Shown piece by piece: positions 61,184 to 64,000 of a stretch of DNA of 64,000 bases. The DNA is taken from NCBI GenBank assembly GCA_014323785.1, contig JACONJ010000020.1:62391-126390 (forward strand). Reading direction: 5' to 3'. Both the position numbers and the translations under genes were made by a program. Numbering within the stretch: position 1 is the stretch's first letter; every line of letters starts with the position of its first letter. This stretch comes from Paracoccaceae bacterium (lineage in GTDB: Bacteria; Pseudomonadota; Alphaproteobacteria; Rhodobacterales; Rhodobacteraceae). A model generated the notes under the pieces. It did no database searches, was not told where the DNA came from, and saw nothing but the letters and a program-made list of their open reading frames with translations.

Positions 61184-61376
61184 AGGCAGAATTTTATCAA
61201 GAAATGGCACGGGTGCAGAACCAACTGTGGCCGTCTTTTACCCGCCACGCTGCCCATCCCTTAAAATCCCTGCGTCACATTAGGCCAGAATCCAAAACAA
61301 AGCATGTCAGACGCCCGTAGCCTTCCCGGGTGGTGCTAAAACCCGTCAAGGCGAGTTCCTGGATGTCTCTGCCCGC

Positions 61377-62678
61377 CTACACGAAGCGATTGACGATCTT
61401 CTCTAATCGCTCTTGTCGGCCTGAAACCGGGCTTGGGTTGATACTGTTTGCCTCAGCCCAAGCGGCGATTTTGTCCAGGGGCTGGGTCAATAAAGCCTGG
61501 CGTTCCTTTGTTGTCCATCCCGCATACCGCTTTGTGCGGGCCTCTTCCAGTGTACCATCCTCCAGCATGGCGACCGCTGCTTTCAGACCGCGTGCGCAAA
61601 CATCCATCGCACCCACGTGGGACAGGATCAAATCTTCGGGTTCAAGCGACTGCCGCCGCAGCTTTGCATCAAAATTCGTGCCCCCGGTGGTGAAGCCACC
61701 CGCCTTCAGCACTTCATAATAGGCCAGTGCCACCTCGGGCACCGAATTCGGAAACTGGTCCGTATCCCAGCCTGACTGGTAGTCATTGCGATTCATATCG
61801 ATGGAACCAAAGAGGCCCAAAGCACCCGCCATGGCCAGTTCATGCTCAAACGAATGGCCCGCCAGGATCGCGTGGCCATGTTCAATGTTGACCTTCACAT
61901 CGCCCTCAAGACCGAAATCCTTCAGAAAGCCGTAGACTGTGCAGACGTCGAAATCGTATTGATGCTTTGTTGGTTCCTGCGGCTTCGGCTCGATCAGGAT
62001 GGTGCCATTGAACCCGATCTTCCTGGCATAATCAACGACCGCGCAGAGGAACCGCCCCGCCTGTTCCCGCTCGCGCCTGATATCCGTATTCAGTAGCGTC
62101 TCATACCCCTCGCGCCCGCCCCAAAGCACATAATTTTCACCCCCCAGCCTAAGCGTTGCATCCAGGCAATATTTCACCGTGGCTGCTGAATAGGCATAAA
62201 CATCCGGGTCCGGATTTGTTGCCGCCCCGGACATAAACCGTCGGTTGGAAAAAAGGTTGGCTGTCCCCCAAAGAAGCTTTGTTCCCACTTCTTCCATTTT
62301 CCCGCCCAGGTAGTCGGTCATCTCTTCCATACGGGCGCGGTTTTCCGCAAGACTGTCCCCCTCAGGTCGGACATCCGCATCATGCCAGCAGTAATACGGC
62401 TGTCCCAGGATGCGAAACATCTCAAACGCTACATCCGCCTTCTGCCTGGCATGTTCCATTGTCTCCCCGAACCAGGGCCGCTCAAACGTCTGGCCACCAA
62501 ACGAATCCCCCCCGGGCCAGGCAAAGGAGTGCCAATAGGCCACGGCAAAGCGCAGGTGCTCGGCCATGGTTCTGTCGCCCAGCGTCTCTGCCGGGTTGTA
62601 GTGACGGAAGGCGAATTCGTTTGCCGTATCTGCCCCCTCATATGTGATCTCGGGGATGTCCTTAAAAAAGCTGGTCAT
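61377..62678 (-). CDS. xylA: Xylose isomerase (class II)
   Basis: [35 protein letters not shown]. Confidence 0.96.
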   Translation of the reverse strand: MTSFFKDIPEITYEGADTANEFAFRHYNPAETLGDRTMAEHLRFAVAYWHSFAWPGGDSFGGQTFERPWFGETMEHARQKADVAFEMFRILGQPYYCWHDADVRPEGDSLAENRARMEEMTDYLGGKMEEVGTKLLWGTANLFSNRRFMSGAATNPDPDVYAYSAATVKYCLDATLRLGGENYVLWGGREGYETLLNTDIRREREQAGRFLCAVVDYARKIGFNGTILIEPKPQEPTKHQYDFDVCTVYGFLKDFGLEGDVKVNIEHGHAILAGHSFEHELAMAGALGLFGSIDMNRNDYQSGWDTDQFPNSVPEVALAYYEVLKAGGFTTGGTNFDAKLRRQSLEPEDLILSHVGAMDVCARGLKAAVAMLEDGTLEEARTKRYAGWTTKERQALLTQPLDKIAAWAEANSINPSPVSGRQERLEKIVNRFV

Positions 62679-64000
62679 AGGAGTTCCATTATGCTTCTGG
62701 TCGCCGCACGGTAGCGGGCATGGGTGTCTTTGAAAGCCTGGGTAAGCCTTGTATCAGGTTCCACCGTTTTCAAGACTGGCGAGCGCGTGAAGACATCGGT
62801 TGTCCCTGTCGCCACCATCATTCCCAATCGCGCCGCGCCAAAGGCCGCGCCCAGCTCGCCCCGGTCTGTCACCTGCAACGGGATATCCAGCGCGGTTGCC
62901 ATTGCCTTCAGCCAGTAGGCCGATTGGCTGCCCCCGCCCAAGGCCACGCAGGTCTTAACAGAGGTGCCAGCCGCCGCCAGCGCATCCCGGCAATCAACAA
63001 GCGCAAAAACCACGCCTTCCAGGACTGCGCGGGTTGCCGCCTCAAGACCAGTCGTGTGGTCCAGCCCAAAGAAACCGGCCCGGACAGAAGCCGAATTAAG
63101 CGGTGTCCGCTCTCCGCCAAGGTAGGGCAGGAACAGCACCCGCCCTGGTGCCTGCAGCTCACCCAGGCTGGCTGTCAACGCCTTCGCATCGCTGCCAACA
63201 ATTCCAGCCCACCAATTGAGGCTGTCCGTAGCTGACAGGGTCACGCCCATCTGGTACCACATCTGTGGCAATGCATGACAGAACGTATGCACCGCCGACG
63301 CCGCATCGGGCGAACATCCGTCGCAGGCAGCGAAGAGCACACCCGACGTCCCCAGCGACACAAAAGCTTGCCCCGGTCTGACAACGCCCATTCCCACAGC
63401 AGATGCAGCATTATCCCCACCCCCACCGGCCACGGGCACAGACGTTGAAAACCCCCATCGGGTTGCGAATTCGGTTCGCAGCCTTCCCGATTCATCGGCC
63501 CCTTCGACAAGCCGTGGCATCATATCACGGCCAAGCCCCGCGCGGCCAAGCAAATCATCGGACCAGTCGCGTGCCCTTATGTCGAGCCAGGACGTCCCCG
63601 CCGCATCCGACATCTCGGCCACCTTTTCACCCGTCAGCCACAGTCGAACATAATCCTTGGGCAACAGAACCGAACGGATTTGATCGAAGAGTGCTGGATG
63701 TTCTTCCCGCATCCACTGCACCTTGGGTGCAGTGAACCCCGGAAAGACGATATTGCCACTGATCTTCCGCCAGTCCGGTTCAGCGTCCATCGCCGATGCT
63801 TGCGCCGCCGCCCGGGTGTCATTCCACAGGATGCAGGGCCAAAGCACCTTGTCCGCGGCCCCTAGAATCGTCGCACCATGCATGTGCCCCGACAACCCAA
63901 TGCCCTTCACTGTGCCCAAGTCCACACGGGCCGACAGCTCATCCAGCACCGCTTCACAGGCGGTGATCCAGTTGGACGGGTGCTGCTCTGACCACCCATC
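62675..64000 (-). CDS. xylB: Xylulokinase (5' end outside window)
   Basis: [42 protein letters not shown]; frame open to window edge. Confidence 0.93.
   Translation of the reverse strand, partial: DGWSEQHPSNWITACEAVLDELSARVDLGTVKGIGLSGHMHGATILGAADKVLWPCILWNDTRAAAQASAMDAEPDWRKISGNIVFPGFTAPKVQWMREEHPALFDQIRSVLLPKDYVRLWLTGEKVAEMSDAAGTSWLDIRARDWSDDLLGRAGLGRDMMPRLVEGADESGRLRTEFATRWGFSTSVPVAGGGGDNAASAVGMGVVRPGQAFVSLGTSGVLFAACDGCSPDAASAVHTFCHALPQMWYQMGVTLSATDSLNWWAGIVGSDAKALTASLGELQAPGRVLFLPYLGGERTPLNSASVRAGFFGLDHTTGLEAATRAVLEGVVFALVDCRDALAAAGTSVKTCVALGGGSQSAYWLKAMATALDIPLQVTDRGELGAAFGAARLGMMVATGTTDVFTRSPVLKTVEPDTRLTQAFKDTHARYRAATRSIMELL

Overview
High-GC alphaproteobacterial chromosome segment, most consistent with Rhodobacteraceae (Roseobacter-group-like gene blocks; Rhodobacterales-type SAM/SAH riboswitch before metK). 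The backbone is housekeeping: peptide ABC transporter, moaA, DUF4170-waaA-lpxK, caiB-like/dsbA-like/DUF721/mutY/alkB, recA-alaS, tRNA-Gly, prs, ribF, truA, miaB-phoH-ybeY-corC-lnt-metK-trmB, a TRAP/enolase/dehydrogenase catabolic block and xylB-xylA. Accessory elements: (1) a three-gene operon with its own promoter, inserted between miaB and phoH, encoding a multi-TM coiled protein, a TRAFAC-type GTPase with a 22-aa N-terminal repeat array and a +1 frameshift, and a membrane-anchored partner; (2) two dispersed ~0.8-kb outer-membrane beta-barrel cassettes with conserved promoter, UTR and terminator, variable loops and different poly-G lengths next to the -10 box; (3) a cyanobacterial-type sbtA/sbtB pair arranged tail-to-tail; (4) a phage-like promoter-small ORF-promoter islet upstream of tRNA-Gly. 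Several nonsense, frameshift and truncation lesions suggest ongoing genome erosion. No rRNA, CRISPR array, intact transposase or integrase was seen. Family assignments come from motif recognition and recall, not from database searches.
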